From contig CM069148.1 in NCBI GenBank assembly GCA_035221665.1, positions 49,910,001 to 49,974,000 on the forward strand: a stretch of DNA of 64,000 bases, given 5' to 3'. The notes under the pieces are model-generated. The model saw only the letters and a list, made by a program, of their open reading frames with translations, made no database searches and was not told the origin of the DNA. Made by a program: the position numbers and the translations under genes. Each line of letters begins with the position of its first letter. The stretch's first letter is position 1. The stretch is from Okamejei kenojei (taxonomy: Eukaryota). Shown here piece by piece: positions 13,301 through 25,448 of this stretch.

Positions 13301-13852
13301 ATCTTTCTCGCCTACATTTTGAATCCGAGTGCTTCCCTTCTCTGCCTCTTGCCCCACACCCTGACCCCCTAGCCCCCTCTACCCGAGTCCCTCCCCCCAG
13401 CCTTTCTAGTTTAAAGTCTCCCCAGTAGCCTTTGCAAATCTCCCTGCCATGATATTTGTCCCCCTCGGGCTCAAGTGCAACCCGTCCTTTGTGTACAGAT
13501 CATGCCTTCCCCAAAAGAGGTCCCAGTGATCAATAAAACTTGAATCCCTGCCCACTGCACCAGTCCCTCAGCCACGCATTTATCCTCCACCTCATTTCAT
13601 TCCTACTCCCACTGTCACGCGGCACAGGCAGTAATCCTGAAATCGTTACCCTTTTGGTCCTTCTCCTTAACTTTCCCCCCCAACTCCCTAAATTCTCCCT
13701 TCAGGACCTCATCACTTTTTCTGCCTATGTCATTGGTACCTATGTGTACCACAACATCAGGCTCCTCTCCCTCCCTTATCAGAATCTTTTGTACACGTTC
13801 TGACACATGCGAGACCCTGGCACCAGGGAGGCAAACTACCATCCGGGTGAAA
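10357..13852 (-). mobile_element. CR1 LINE family A, long copy: 3' part of ORF1 (SGNH/esterase-like) plus ORF2 (APE endonuclease + RT)
   Basis: ORF 13615-13869 has VVCLPGA...VVVHIGTNDIG; ORF 12977-13357 has YFNARS...ISETWL; ORF 10713-12986 is a 757-aa RT. TSD tccaat at 10351-10356 and 13853-13858. Confidence 0.95.
10713..12986 (-). CDS. CR1 ORF2 (endonuclease C-terminal part + reverse transcriptase), frameshifted at both ends
   Basis: 757-aa open frame with GDFN, DFSKAFDKV, GVPQGSVLGP and YADD. There is a frameshift near 12980 and a 22-bp tandem duplication at 10691-10734. Confidence 0.85.
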   Translation of the reverse strand: MELRSGNGVATLLGMYYRPPNGERELEEQICKEIVDISSKHKVVIVGDFNFPKIDWETHSVNGLDGLEFVKCVQDSFLQQYIEVSTREGAVLDLLLGNEAGQVTEVCVGEHFGTSDLNTISFNIIMERVRTGPRVEIFDWRKANFEGMRKDFKGVNWDTLFHGKDAEEKWRTFKGEIVRVQNLYVPVRLKGNSKNWKEPWFSREIGHLFRKKRDIYNYYRRHGVNEVLEEYKECKKNLKKEIRKAKRRYEVALARKVKVNPKGFYSYINSKRITRDKIGPLENQNGQLSAEPKEMGEILNNLFSSVFTKEKDIELGELRGKSRVAMETMRFKEEEVLTLLKNIKVDKSPGPDRIFPRTLREVSVEIAGAMTEIFQMSLETGIVPEDWRTAHVVPLFKKGSKNKPSNYRPIILTSVVGKLIERILRDNIYKHLDKQGLIRNSQHGFVPGRSCLTNLLEYFEAVTREIDEGKAVDVVYMDFSKAFDKVPHGRLVQKVQSLGVNGGVARWIQQWLNGRCQRVMVDGCLSGWKPVTSGVPQGSVLGPLLFVMYINDLDDGVENWISKYADDTKIGGVVDNEVDFQSLQRDLGHLEKWAERWQMEFNAEKCEVLHLGRTNQNRTYMVNGRELRNAVEQRDLGITVHSSLKVESHVDRVVKKAFGVLAFINQSIEYRSREVMLKLYKALVRPILEYGVQFWSPSYRKDVNKIERVQRRFTRMLPGFQQLCYRERLNKLGLYSLERRRLRGDLIEGNDERDRQS

Positions 13853-14700
13853 TCCAATGATTTCACCACTTTCCAAATGCGCTGCTATCCCACCTTTAAT
13901 AATTGACTCTAGCAGTTACCGCTCTACCGATGTTAGACTAACTGGTCTGTAATTCCCCATTTCCTTTCTCCCTCCCTTTTTAAAAAGTGGGGTTACATTA
14001 GCTACCCTCCAATCCTCAGGAACTACTGCAGAATCATTTTAATCGGACTTTACGGGATGTTATCTTGCACTTAATGTTATTCTCTTTGTCATGGATCTGT
14101 ACTGTGAATGAATCAATTGTAATCATGTAAAGTCTTTCCGCTGACTGGTTAACATACAACTAAAGCTTTTCACAGCAGTTTGGTACGCGTGACAATAAAC
14201 TAAACCAAACTAATCTTTTCTGGACTACTATTCACTGGAATTTAGAAGGATGAGAGGGGATCTTAAATTCTTAAAGGATTGGACAGATGCAGGAAAAATG
14301 TTCCCGATGTTGGGGAGTCCAGAACCAGGCGTCACAGTTTAAGAATAAAGGGTAGGTCATTTAGGACTGAGTTAAGGAAAAACTTCTTCGTTGTGAATCG
14401 GTGGAATTCTCTGCCACAGAAGGCAGTGGAGGTCAATTCACTGGATGTTTTCAAGAGAGTTAGATGATCAGCCATGATCATGCTGGCTCGAAGGGCCGAA
14501 TGGCCTACTCCTGCACCTACTTTTCGATGTTTCTGAGACTCGATAGCATGCAAACAAAAGCTTTTCACTTTACCTTGGTAAACTAAAACTAAACTAATCT
14601 TTTCTGAACTCGAGAGCACACAAACAAAAGCTTTTAACTGTCAGTCGGTAGCTTTGGCAATAACAAACTGAACCAAACTTTTCCAAAGGTTGTAACATAC

Positions 14701-15021
14701 CGTTGACTGTGAGTTTCAACTCGAGCGAGGGAGGGTCAGGATATGATTTATGCTCCACGACACACTTGTACACATTGCCATTATCAACTATAGTTGGTTC
14801 AATTCTCATTGCACTGGAGACATTAAAGGTTTTATCCGGATTATCAACTGGAGATGTGATGAAGACATCGTGGATTATTTTCTCAGTCTTATTCTTGGAT
14901 ACTTTTTCCCAGTAGATGTTATGTGCTTGAGGGTAAAATCCCGTAGCATCACACGTCACCAGCTTCTCCGCACCATTCTCAATGGTAACATGTTGTGTGG
15001 ATAAATGCAGCTTCGGCTGAG
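14701..15021 (-). CDS. NCR3LG1: Exon 3, IgC1 domain of NCR3LG1/B7-H6-like protein
   Basis: Acceptor tctttaatacag|CT, donor AACG|gtatgt, 321 nt, phase 1-1. AQPKLHL...VTCDATGFYPQAHNIYWEK...NPDKTFNVSS...YKCVVEHKS carries the C1-set motifs CxxxGFYP, W, NxDxTF and YxCxVxH, plus two N-glycosylation sequons (NKT, NVS). Confidence 0.9.
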
Positions 15022-16009
15022 CTGTATTAAAGACAAGTGCAACCTCGGGTTAGTTGCCATGCAGTGTATTACCAGAAATAACTGTCACATTAGAAGACTC
15101 TTAAGTCTAAGGGTCAGCGCATACAGCACAGAAGCAGACCCTTCAGCCCAATTTGCCCACAATGACCAAAGTGCCCCATCTACACTAGTTTAGACTTTAG
15201 ACATGCAGCGTGGAAACTGGCCCTTCAGCCCAACGAGTCCACACCATACAGCGATCGCCCTGTGCACTAGCACGATCTACTCTATGGACAATTTACAATT
15301 TTATTTTGCACAAGTCAATTAACTTAAACTTGCACGTCTTTGGAGTCTGTGGAGAGGAAACCGGAGCACCTGGAGAAAACCCACGTGGTCACAGGGAGAA
15401 CGTACAACCCCCATACAGACAGCACCCATGGTCAGGATTGAACCCGGGTCTCCTGCATTGTGAGGCAGCAACTCTACCAGATGTGCCACTGTGCCATCCT
15501 AATCCCACCTGCCCGTGTTGGACCAGAACACTCTAAACCTTTCCTATCCATGTACAAATGTCTTTTAAATGTTGTTATAGTACCTGCCTCAACTACCTCA
15601 TGAGGCAGCGTCTTCCATACACTCACCACCTTCTCTGTGAAAAAGTTGCTCCTCTGGTTCCTATTAAATATTTCCCCTCTCACCTTAAACCTATGTCCTA
15701 TATTAACCTATTGATGGGCTAATACAAAATGGACCACTTTCCTTCCTTCAACTGATTTACAGAGGGCCAATTCACCTTAAAACCTATGCCCTCTGGTCCT
15801 CGATCCCCCTACTCTGGGCAAGAGACTCTGTGTGTCTACACGATCTATCCCTCTCATAATTTTATACACCTCCATAAGATCACCCCTCATCCTCCTGCGC
15901 CGCAATAAAATCCCAGGCTGCTCAACGTCTTCCTGTAGCCCGGAACCTCGAATTCATTTTTACCACCAAGATCCAATAATAACTGGTTATAACTGGTTAA
16001 CTGGTTATA

Positions 16010-17550
16010 AGAAGGAACTGCAGATGCTGGAAAATCGAACATTGATAAAAGTGCTGGAGAAACTCAGCGGGTGCAGCAGCATCTAGGGAGCGAAGGAAAC
16101 AGGCAACGTTTCGGGCCAAAACCCTCCTTCAGACTGATGTAAGGTGGGGGTGCGAGAAGAAAGGAGAAAGGAAGAGGAGGAGCCAGAGGGCTGATGGAGA
16201 GCTAAGAAGGGGAGGAGACAGCAAGGGCTACCGGAAATTGGAGACGTCAATGTTCATGCCGCTAGGGTGCAAACTGCCCAAGCGGAATATGAGGTACTGC
16301 TTCTCCAATTTCCGGTGGTGCTCACTCTGGCCATGGAGGAGGCCCAGGACCGAAAGGTCGGATTCGGAATGGGAGGGGGAGTTGAAGTGCCGAGCCACAG
16401 GGATATCAGGTTGGTTAATGCGGACCGAGCGGAGGTGTTCAGCGAAACGATCGCCAAGCCTACGCTTGGTCTCACCGATGTACATTAGCTGACATCTAGA
16501 GCAGCGGATGTAGTAGATGAGGTTGGAGGAGGTGCAGGTGAACCTGTGTCGCACCTGGAACGACTGCCTCAGTCCTTGAATGGAGTGGAGGGGGGAGGTA
16601 AAGCGACAAGTGTAGCATCTCTTGCGGTTGCAAGGGAAGGTGCCTGGGGAGGGGGTGATACGGGAGGGAAGGGAAGAATTGACGAGGGAGTTACGGAGGG
16701 AGCGGTCTTTGCGGAAGGCAGACAGGGGGGGGAGATGGGAAGATGTGGCGAGTGGTGGGGTCACGTTGGAGGTAGCGAAAATGACGGAGGACTATTTGTT
16801 GTATGTGACGGCTAGTGAGGTGAAAGGTGAGGACCAGTCCTCCGTCATTTTCGCCACCTCCAACGTGACCCCACCACTCGCCATATCTTCCCATCTCCCC
16901 CCGTCTGCTTTCCACAAAGACCGCTCCCTCCATAACTCCCTCGTCAATTCTTCCCTTCCCTCCCGTATCACCCCCTCCCCAGGCACCTTCCCTTGCAACC
17001 GCAAGAGATGCTACACTTGTCGCTTTACCTCCCCCCTCGACTCCATTCAAGGACCCAAGCAGTCGTTCTATGTGCAACAGAGGTTCACCTGTACCTCCTC
17101 CAACCTCATCTATTTCATCAGCTGCTCTAGATGTCAGCTGAGCTACGTCGGTGAGACCAAGCATAGGCTTGGCGATCGTTTCGCCGAACACCTCCGCTCG
17201 GTCCACATTAACCAACCTGATCTCCCTGTGGCTCAGCACTTCAACTCCCCCTCCCATTCCGAATCTGACCTTTCTGTCCTGGGACTCCTCCATGGCCAGA
17301 GTGAGCACCACCGGGAATTGGAGGAGCAGCACCTCATATTCCGCTTGGGCAGTCTGCACCCTAGCAGTATAAACATTGACCTGCAATTTCCGGTAGCCCT
17401 TGCTGTCTCCTCCCCTTCTCAGCTCTCCCTCAGCCCTCTGGCTCCTCCTCTTCCTTTCTCCTTTCTTCTCCACGCCCCCCCCCCCCCTCTTTACATCAGT
17501 CTGAAGAAGTGTTTTGGCCAGAAACGTTGCCTATTTCCTTCGCTCCATAG
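16010..17550. mobile_element. Penelope-like element 3' regions (GIY-YIG endonuclease) arranged as an inverted repeat
   Basis: CTSSNLIYYIRCSRCQLMYIGETKRRLGDRFAEHL is on the - strand (16228-16764), with a near-identical copy on + (within 16836-17550). Arms are about 16082-16793 and 16836-17550. Confidence 0.85.
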
Positions 17551-18312
17551 ATAGAAAAATAGAAACATAGAAATTAGGTGCAGGAGCAGGCCATTCGGCC
17601 CTTCAAGCCAGCACCACCATTCAATATGATCATGGCTGATCATCCAACTCAGTATCCTGTACCTGCCTTCTCTCCATACCCCGATCCCTTCAGCCACAAG
17701 GGCCACATCCAACTCCCTCTTAAATATGGCCAACGAACTGGCCTCAACTACCTTCTGTGGCAGAGAATTCCACAGATTCACCACTCTCTGTGTGAAAAAT
17801 GATTTTCTCATCTCGGTCCTAAAAGACTTCCCCCTTATCCAGAGATGCCAACCCTAAATTTAGTTCTGTGTACAAATGGGGTTAAATGCATTTCTCTCCG
17901 TAACATACTCACTGACTGGTGCAGATCAGCGGGCTGCGGCCACATCGGGCGGGTGCGGCATGCGGGCAAGGTTGCAATCCGGCTCCTGATCGCGAGCTCG
18001 AGCAAACTCCAACCCCTTAAGAATTTTGTAAGTCTCTATGAGATCACCCCTCAATCTTCTAAATTCCAGCGAGTACAAGCCAAGTCTGGACTGGACAACG
18101 GACTGGAAGGGCCGAGAGGGCCTGTTTCCGTGCTGTAATTGTTATAAGTCTATCCAGTCTTTCTTCATATGGAAGTCGTGCTCTCCCAGGAATCAGTCTG
18201 GTGAGCCTTCTTTGTACGGATGCTGCTGCACCCGCTGAGTTTATCCAGCACTTTTGTCTACCTCCAGTAATAACAGTGCAGATCACCCCGGGTAATGTTG
18301 AAGGTCTTTTAC

Positions 18313-18648
18313 CTAAAACTCGCAGTTCTGAACTTTTTTCTGCCTTTTCAGGAGTAACAAACACAATGCAAGTATATTTCCCTTCGTTGTCCACTCCGAC
18401 ATTATTAAGCAGAAGTGAAGCATCTCCTTTGGATAGTTCACCGGATATTTCTATGCCAGCATTCTTGGACTTATGTTCACCCTTTTCAAAAAGATAGATT
18501 TCTTCCTGGAGTGGTCCGAACAACCACCGCACACCTACATTTGTCATGTCAAGCGGTGCTTTAAACCCAGTAAATTTACATTCCAACAAAACCTCTGTAT
18601 TCAAAAATACTTTCTTCGGACTGGCAAAAATGTTCATATCCAACGAAT
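18313..18648 (-). CDS. NCR3LG1: Exon 2, IgV domain of NCR3LG1/B7-H6-like protein
   Basis: Acceptor ttccatttag|AT, donor TTAG|gtaaaa, 336 nt, phase 1-1. Protein DSLDMNIFASP...LLECKF...VGVRW...GDASLLLNNVGVDNEGKYTCIVFVTPEKAE has the V-set C, W and YxC. GDASL and C-x-V-x-VTP-x-KA match B7-H6 as I recall it. Confidence 0.9.
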
Positions 18649-19975
18649 CTAAATGGAAATCAAAAACATGAAGTTCAGTTTAGTTTATTATTATCACGCG
18701 TACCGAGGTACAGTGAACACCTTTTTGTTTGCGTGTTATCCAGTCAAAAAAAGACTATACATGAATACAATCGATTAGAAGATTACATGATTACAAGAGT
18801 CTGAAAATGGGTCTCGACCCGAAACGTTTCTTCTGTCCAGAGGTGCCGCCTGTCCCACTGAGTTACTCCAGCATTTTGTGTCAATCTTCGGTGTAAACCA
18901 GCATCTGCACTTTCTTCCAACACACACATGATTATAATCAAGCCACCCACAGTGCACACATAGAAGATAAAGGGTATGGTATTTGTTGGTTTCCATTGTA
19001 GACACAAAATGCTGGAGTAACACAGCGGGACAGGCAGCAACTTTGGTGAGAAGAATGTTGACGTTTCAGGTCTTCAGACGTCTGAAGTAAGGTCTCGACC
19101 TGAAAAGTCACCCATTCCTTCTCTCCAGTAATGCTGCCTGTCCCTCTGAGTTACTCCATCATTTTGTGTCTACCTTAGGTTGGTTTGCATGATGGTCGGG
19201 GCTACGTCCACGGCTCTCTGAAATTTCTGGCGGTCTTGGATAGAGTTGTTCCTAAACCTGGCTGTGTTGAATCCCAACTTCCAATTCCCTCTTAGGAAGT
19301 GAAGGCGTGGTTTGTTTCTTGGCCAAACCGACAATGTGACTGGTCCACGAAAAATTGCTGGTGATACTTATTCCTAGGAACTTGAAGCTTTCGACCAATC
19401 TACTTTGGCACTGTCAATGTATACCGAGGTGTGTGTACCTGGAGTCAATCACTATCTCATTTTTCTTGCTGACATTGAGAGAAAGGTTGTTGCCTTGGCA
19501 CCAGGTTACAAGGTTCTCAATCTCCTATCTATACTCCATCTCATCATTATTTGATATGCAGCCCACTATGATGGTGTCATCTGTGAACTTATAGATCGAG
19601 TCTAATTGGTTTAGTTTAGTTTAGTCATCAAGCACGGAAACAGGCCCTTCTGCCCACCAAGGCCGCACCGACCAGCGATCCCTGCACATTAACACTATCC
19701 GACACACACTAGGGACAATTTACCTTTACACCAAGCAGGGCTCTCACTTAAATTGTTTTCACTGTTGCCAGCCGGGCAACCTAGGCAGTTTTTTAGGTTG
19801 CCGAATGACAGTTCAGGTGGTCATTTAAGACGGCTTGCATGACGCGTGCGATAATGTGCTCGGACGAAGTGCGTAGTTACTAGTCGGAATTATCCTCAAT
19901 GAAGCATTCACATATTATTTCTGCTTCAATCAAAGTCACAAACTAAACATATTCACAAATCAAGACATGATATAT

Positions 19976-20850
19976 TAAATAATTTTGTGAAGATTTCAAA
20001 AATGTCAGTCCAAATTTTTACATTTTTGTACAAAAGACAAATGAGTGCACTATAGTAGCTTCTTGAGACTGACATTTATCACAAATTGGTGAGACGTTGG
20101 GAAAAAGTTTACTTATTTTAGTTTTTGAATAGTATAATCTGTGTAAAGTTTTAAATTGTATTAAAGTGTGTCTTACATTAATTGAGCAAATAAAACTGAC
20201 ACCAAAGGCAGATTGGATTATCTTTGGAACAACGGAAGGTAGCCCTGAATTAAATGTGTTTCAAAAGAATCTATTTGAATACGGCTTAATAACAGGAAAA
20301 AAGCTAATCTTAAAATTCTGGAAAAATGCTCCCATACCAACAGTAAATATGTGGATTTCAACTATGTTTGAAACATTACATCTGGAAGATATGAGACTCC
20401 GCCTGGCAGGAAAATCAGATCGTTTCTATCATACGTGGTCTGCATTTATAGATCTACTACAAGGATAGGGGGCAGGAGTACCTCAAAAAGGTACCGGCGT
20501 CGGGTCTTGGTAAAGGGGGATGAAAAACTGTCGAGTTGGTAGATTCCTTTAGCGTGATTTTTATAATAAAGTAACTGGCTTTTCCTTTTCTCTTCTCTCT
20601 TTCCTTTTTTCTAGGGTCTATCACTTAATCTCCTTTCTCGAACTCTTTGACCAAGGGCTTTTTTTAAATTTCCCTTTGGCACGCTTCTTCACTTTCACAA
20701 CTCCTTTTCACTTTCTGTACTTTCTCTGTTTCTATTCTTTTTTTTCTCAAAGCCTTAAAAAATTAAGGGGTACAATGATTGTAATAATATATACGGGATG
20801 TACACTGATATAACTTATTGTACCTCTAATAAATAAAAATGAAAAAAAAA
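19976..20850 (+). mobile_element. 5'-truncated L1 with 5' inversion, poly(A) tail and 14-bp TSD
   Basis: Forward part 20188-20850 has the ORF2 C-terminus (KLTPKADWIIFG...KKLILKFWK), AATAAA and an A tail. The inverted part 19976-20187 encodes the preceding CCHC region. TSD aagacatgatatat at 19962-19975 and 20849-20862. Confidence 0.85.
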
Positions 20851-21824
20851 GACATGATATATACCACAATGACATGCAGCAAAATTATAATCTCAACTCT
20901 TTTACACGTTGCAATTAATGCAATTTCTATTTTTTTCTTTCCACTTCCAAACAAAAATGTGGTTGGATTATTCAGCGTGTGTCAATAAATCCTGGACCAT
21001 GGTAACATATATGCTTAACCATGCACACTCCAGAATGATGCAAGCATGCTTTCCGTGAAGGACCGAAAATTATCATGACATGGCCATGGCATGGGTCGTT
21101 ATTGCTATTGGCACAGAAACACTCTGGCTTCCCACATAATTTATCCATAACAAAATATACAGGTTGCAAGGAAATTTCTAAAGGCATTTTATGATAATAG
21201 CTGTTAAAACCGACTATACCCATCTGACAGGTTAAACATTACACTAACTGACAAGAGATGGCTAAAGGACAGAACTGCAACAAATGTTCATTTGGCAATA
21301 TGTTTAAAGGTGTCAAAACGCCACATTACCAGACATTCAAATTAGATGTACGTGTTGCGAACAGCAATGAAGATACCCAGTTTGTATGCACCAGATTTAA
21401 GCAAAGTTATTGATAAACGCTGTTTCCATCATTCCCACTTCAGAATTAGCGTTAAAATTTCAACTGAAGTATCTCCTGACCAAATTTGTGATGTATATGA
21501 CCGACTGTAGTAGTAAAACCTGGATAAATCCAACGTATAGTTGTGAATGTTGCTCATGAAATAACTATAGTACTGATACTCCATATTAAGAGCATTGATT
21601 TGTCGTTAAAATGAATTCTGTAATAACGTGTCAACGGTAGCAGTGACAATCGAACACTGTGGTTTTAATGTTTCACGTGCTCACAATTTAATTAATCCAT
21701 CGTTATGGACTAAAACAAATAATAACATCTGGAATTAAAACCCATTTGATTGCATTCCGTTATCAAACATAGTCAATGTTCACTCTGAAGACATTTCCAG
21801 CACAGTAGGGTCAGCGGGGGGGGG

Positions 21825-22425
21825 GGGGGGGGGGGGGGGGGAAATCAGTGCGGGATGGATGGATTGATTGAGGCAGGGGAATTAGTGCGTGTTGGATGGA
21901 GTAGGTATGGGGAGAGGGGAGAGCGTGGGGGATGTCAGTGGGGGATTGAATGGGGGGGATCAGTACAGGATGGAGGGGGGGGGGGGGGGGGGGGCAGTTA
22001 CAGGATGGAGGTGGGGTGTTCAGTGCAGGATGAATGGGGGTTCACTACAGGACGGATGGGAGGGATCACTGCAGGATGGATGGGGGGGGGGGATCAGTGC
22101 AGGATGAATGGGGGGCTACAGGAAGAATCACTGCAGGATGGATGGGAGGGATCAGTGCAGGATGGATGGGGGGGGGGGGATGGGGATGGATGGTGTGGGT
22201 TGTGGGTGTGTGGGTGGGTGGGTTGTGGTTGGGTGTTTGGGTTGGGTTGGGTTGTGGGTTGTTTTTTGTTGTGTGGGGTGGGTGGTGGGTGTTTGGGTTG
22301 GGTGGTGGGTGTTTGTGTGGGGTGGGTTTTTGGGTGGGTGGGATTGGGGTTGGGTGGTGGGTGGCGTGTGGGTGGATGGGTGGGTTGGTGTGGTTGGGTT
22401 TTGGGTGGGGTGGATGGGTGGGATC
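21825..22425. repeat. G-rich degenerate minisatellite (ggatcagtgcaggatggatggggg) and GT-rich low-complexity tract inside the DNA transposon
   Basis: Repeated units are visible. The same units recur at about 25040-25180 and, reverse-complemented, at about 34080-34195. Confidence 0.75.
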
Positions 22426-24950
22426 ATAGAAACATAGAAAATAGGTGCAGGAGGTGGCCATTCGAGCCAGCACCGCCATTCATTGTGATCATCGCTGATC
22501 GTCCTCTAACAATAACCCGTGCCTGCCTTCTCCCTATATCCCTTGACTCCACTAGCCCCTAGAACTCTATCTAACTCTCTCTTAAATCCATCCAGTGATT
22601 TGGCCTCCACTGCTCTCTGTGGCAGGGAATTCCATAAATTCACAACTCTCTGGGTAAAAAAGTTTTTCCTCACCTCAGTCTTAAATGACCTCCTCTTTAT
22701 TCTAAGGCTGTGGCCCCCGGTTCTGCTCACCCAACATTTGGGAACATTTTTCATGCATCTAGCTTGTCCAGTCCTTTTATAATTTTATATGTTCCTATAA
22801 GATCCCCCCTCATCCTTCCAAACTCCAGTGAATACAAGCCTAGTCTTTTCAATCTTTCCTCATATGACAGTCCCGCCATCCTAGGGATCAATTTCGTGAA
22901 CCTACGCTGCACTGCCTCAATTACAATTCTCAAATTAAGAGACCAAAACTGTACACAATACTCCAGATGTGGTCCCACCAGAGCCCTATACAACTGCAGA
23001 AGAACCTCTTTACTCCTGTACTGAAATCCAGTACTGGATCAGTACGAAATGAATAGAAACATAGAAACATAGAAATTAGGTGCAGGAGTAGGCCATTCAG
23101 CCCTTCGAGTCTGCACCGCCATTCAATATGATCATGGCTGATCATCCAACTCAGTATCCCGTACCTGCCTTCTCTCCATACCCTCTGATCCCCTTAGCCA
23201 CAAGGGCCACATCCAACTCACTCTTAAATATAGCCAATGAACTGGCCTCAACTACCCTCTGTGGCAGAGAGTTCCAGAGACTCACCACTCTCTCGTGTGA
23301 AAATAGTCTTTTCTCATCTCGGGTCTTAAAGGATTTGCCCCTATATCCTTAAGCTGTGACCCTTGTCCTGGACTTCCCCAACTTCGGGAACAATCTTCTG
23401 CATCTAGCCTGTCCAACCCCTTAAGAATTTTGTAAGTTTCTATTAAGATCCCCTCTCAATCTCTCTAAATTCCAGAGAGTATAACACCGAGTCTATCCAG
23501 TCTTTCTTCATAAGACAGTTCCTGACATCCAGGAATAGTCTGGTGAACCTTCTCTGCACTCCTCCCTCTATGGCAATAATGTCCTTCCTCAGATTTGGAG
23601 ACCAAAACAGTACGGCAATACTCCAGGTGTGGTCTCACCCCAAGACCCTGTACAACTGAAGTAGAACCTCCCTGCTCCTTGTACTCAAATCATTTTGCTA
23701 TGATAAGCTAACATACATACCATTTCGCTTTTTTCACTGCCTGCTGCTACATGCATAGCCTACTTTCAATGACTGTGTACCATGACACCCAGGTCTCGCT
23801 GCATTCTCCCCTTTTCCTAATCGGCCACTATTTAAATAATTAGTCTTCATTTCCTGTTTTTCGGCCACCAAAGTGGATAACCTCATACATTTATCCACAT
23901 TATACTGCATCTGCCAAACATTTGCCCACTACCAGCCTATCCAAGTCATCTTGCAGTCTCCTCCTAGCATCCTCCTCACAGCTAACACTGCCCCCAGCTT
24001 AGTGTCATCCGCAAAACTTGGAGATATTGCCTTCAATTCCAATCAGAGCATTAATATTATATTGTAATAGCTGGGGTCCCAGCACTGAGCCCCTGCGGTA
24101 AGACCCCACTAGTCACTGCCTGCCATTGGTGAAAAGGACCCGTTTACTCTACTCTTTTCTTTGCTTCCTGTTTGCAAGCCCAGTTCTCTATCCACATCAA
24201 TACTGAACCAACTAATACCGTATGCTTTAAGTTTGTATACTAATCTCTTATGTGGGACCTTGTCGAAAAGCCTTCTGGAAGTCCAGATATACCACATCCA
24301 CTGGTTCTCACCGTATCCAACGCTACTAGTTACATCCTCCTCGAAAAATTCCACAAGATTCGTCAGACATGATTTATCCCTTTCGTAAAATCCATGCTGA
24401 CTTTGTCAATGATTTTACACTTTCCCAAATGTTGCTGCATCCCATCTTTAATAAATGTCTCTAGCAGTTTACCCACTACCGATGTTAGACTAAAGTGGTC
24501 TGTTATTCCCCGTTTTCTCTCTCCCTCCCTTCTTAAAAAGAGGGGTACAATTGCTACCCGCAATCCTCAGGAATATCCAGTATCTAAAGAGTTTGGCAAA
24601 GATTATCACTAATGCATCCACATTTCCTGAGCTACTTCCTACTAAGTACTTGGGCTGCAGCCTATCTGGGCCCCCTGGGGATTTATCGGCCTTTAATCTT
24701 CAATTACCAACACCACTTCCCGACTGACCTGGATTTCATCAATTCTCTTTGACCCACAGTCCCTGCTATTTCCGGCAGATTATTTATGTCTTCCTTAGTG
24801 AAGACGGGAACCAAGTAGTTATTCAATTGGTTCTCCATATCTTGTTCACATGATCAAACTACCTTGTTCTGATGCAAGGGACCTACTTTTGTTTTAACTA
24901 ACCTCTTTCTCTTCACATATCTTATTTACAAACTTTTGCAGTCAGTTTCC
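22425..24950 (-). mobile_element. Two adjacent 5'-truncated CR1 copies (family B about 22425-23020; family C about 23055-24950)
   Basis: Each starts with a (tagaaaca)n tail on + and aligns with the copies at 1973-3660 and 9072-10356. Many small indels. Confidence 0.8.
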
Positions 24951-25448
24951 TCACTCTCTTCCCCCCCCCTCTCTCTCTTCACTTCTTCCCCTCCCCTCTC
25001 CCTCTTCCCTCTCTCTTTCCCCCCCCTCCCTGTCTCTTGGTGGGGATCAGTACAGAATGAATGGGAAAGAGGGGGTCAGTAGAGGATGAATTTGGGACCA
25101 GGTGTAGGGTGGATGAGGAGTGGCAGGAGAATCAATGTGAGGTGTAATGGATGATCAGTGCAGGATGAATAGTCGGGGTATAGGGGGGGGGGGGGTAGAC
25201 GGGGGGAGGGGAAGAGCACAGGAGTGTCAGTGAGGGAACTGATAGAGGCGGGGGGAATGGGGCTCAGGTGGGGATGGAGAGGCGGGGTCCAGGATACGGG
25301 GATGGGGGGGGGGGGGGGAGAGTGAGGAAGCGGGGGAGGGGGGGAAAGAGAGAGGGAGAGGGGGACGGGAAGAGAGGACAGGAGGGGGGAAAAGAGAGGG
25401 GGAGAGGGGAGGGGGAGGGGGAAAGAGGAGAGAGAGGGCGGGGCGCGG

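Larger units (their letters stand above)
9072..14037 (-). mobile_element. CR1 LINE family C (9072-10356 and 13853-14037), interrupted by CR1-A
   Basis: ORFs 9811-10272, 9581-9871 and 9233-9508 encode CR1 RT (FADD). The tail reads (tagaaaca)n on the + strand. Confidence 0.9.
8590..14210 (+). mobile_element. Rex1/Babar-like LINE 3' fragment (8590-9071 and 14038-14210) split by nested CR1 insertions
   Basis: Degenerate KKAHQCLYFL...FYSCDIESIL...WFGNS C-terminal RT-region motifs. The 3'UTR resumes at 14038, with tttaatc duplicated at 9065-9071 and 14038-14044. Confidence 0.6.

Noticed and set aside
16622-17554. 310-aa ORF as a novel nuclease fusion gene
   Set aside because: Its N-terminal part is the antisense of the left arm read through the palindrome centre; only the GIY-YIG part is real PLE coding sequence.
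14701-18648. Tapasin, SIRP or antigen-receptor identity for the V-C1 pair
   Set aside because: No tapasin N-terminal domain exon or ER-retention tail is seen, and no RSS or J segments. The motifs fit B7-H6 best, although orthology versus paralogy needs a phylogeny.
20972-21223. Cys/His-rich 83-aa ORF as a host exon or transposase
   Set aside because: No recognisable motif or convincing splice sites; it lies inside a DNA transposon and is left unassigned.
21855-22562. Long Gly/Trp/Val- and Pro/His/Thr-rich ORFs
   Set aside because: They are by-products of G/GT low-complexity sequence open in several frames on both strands.
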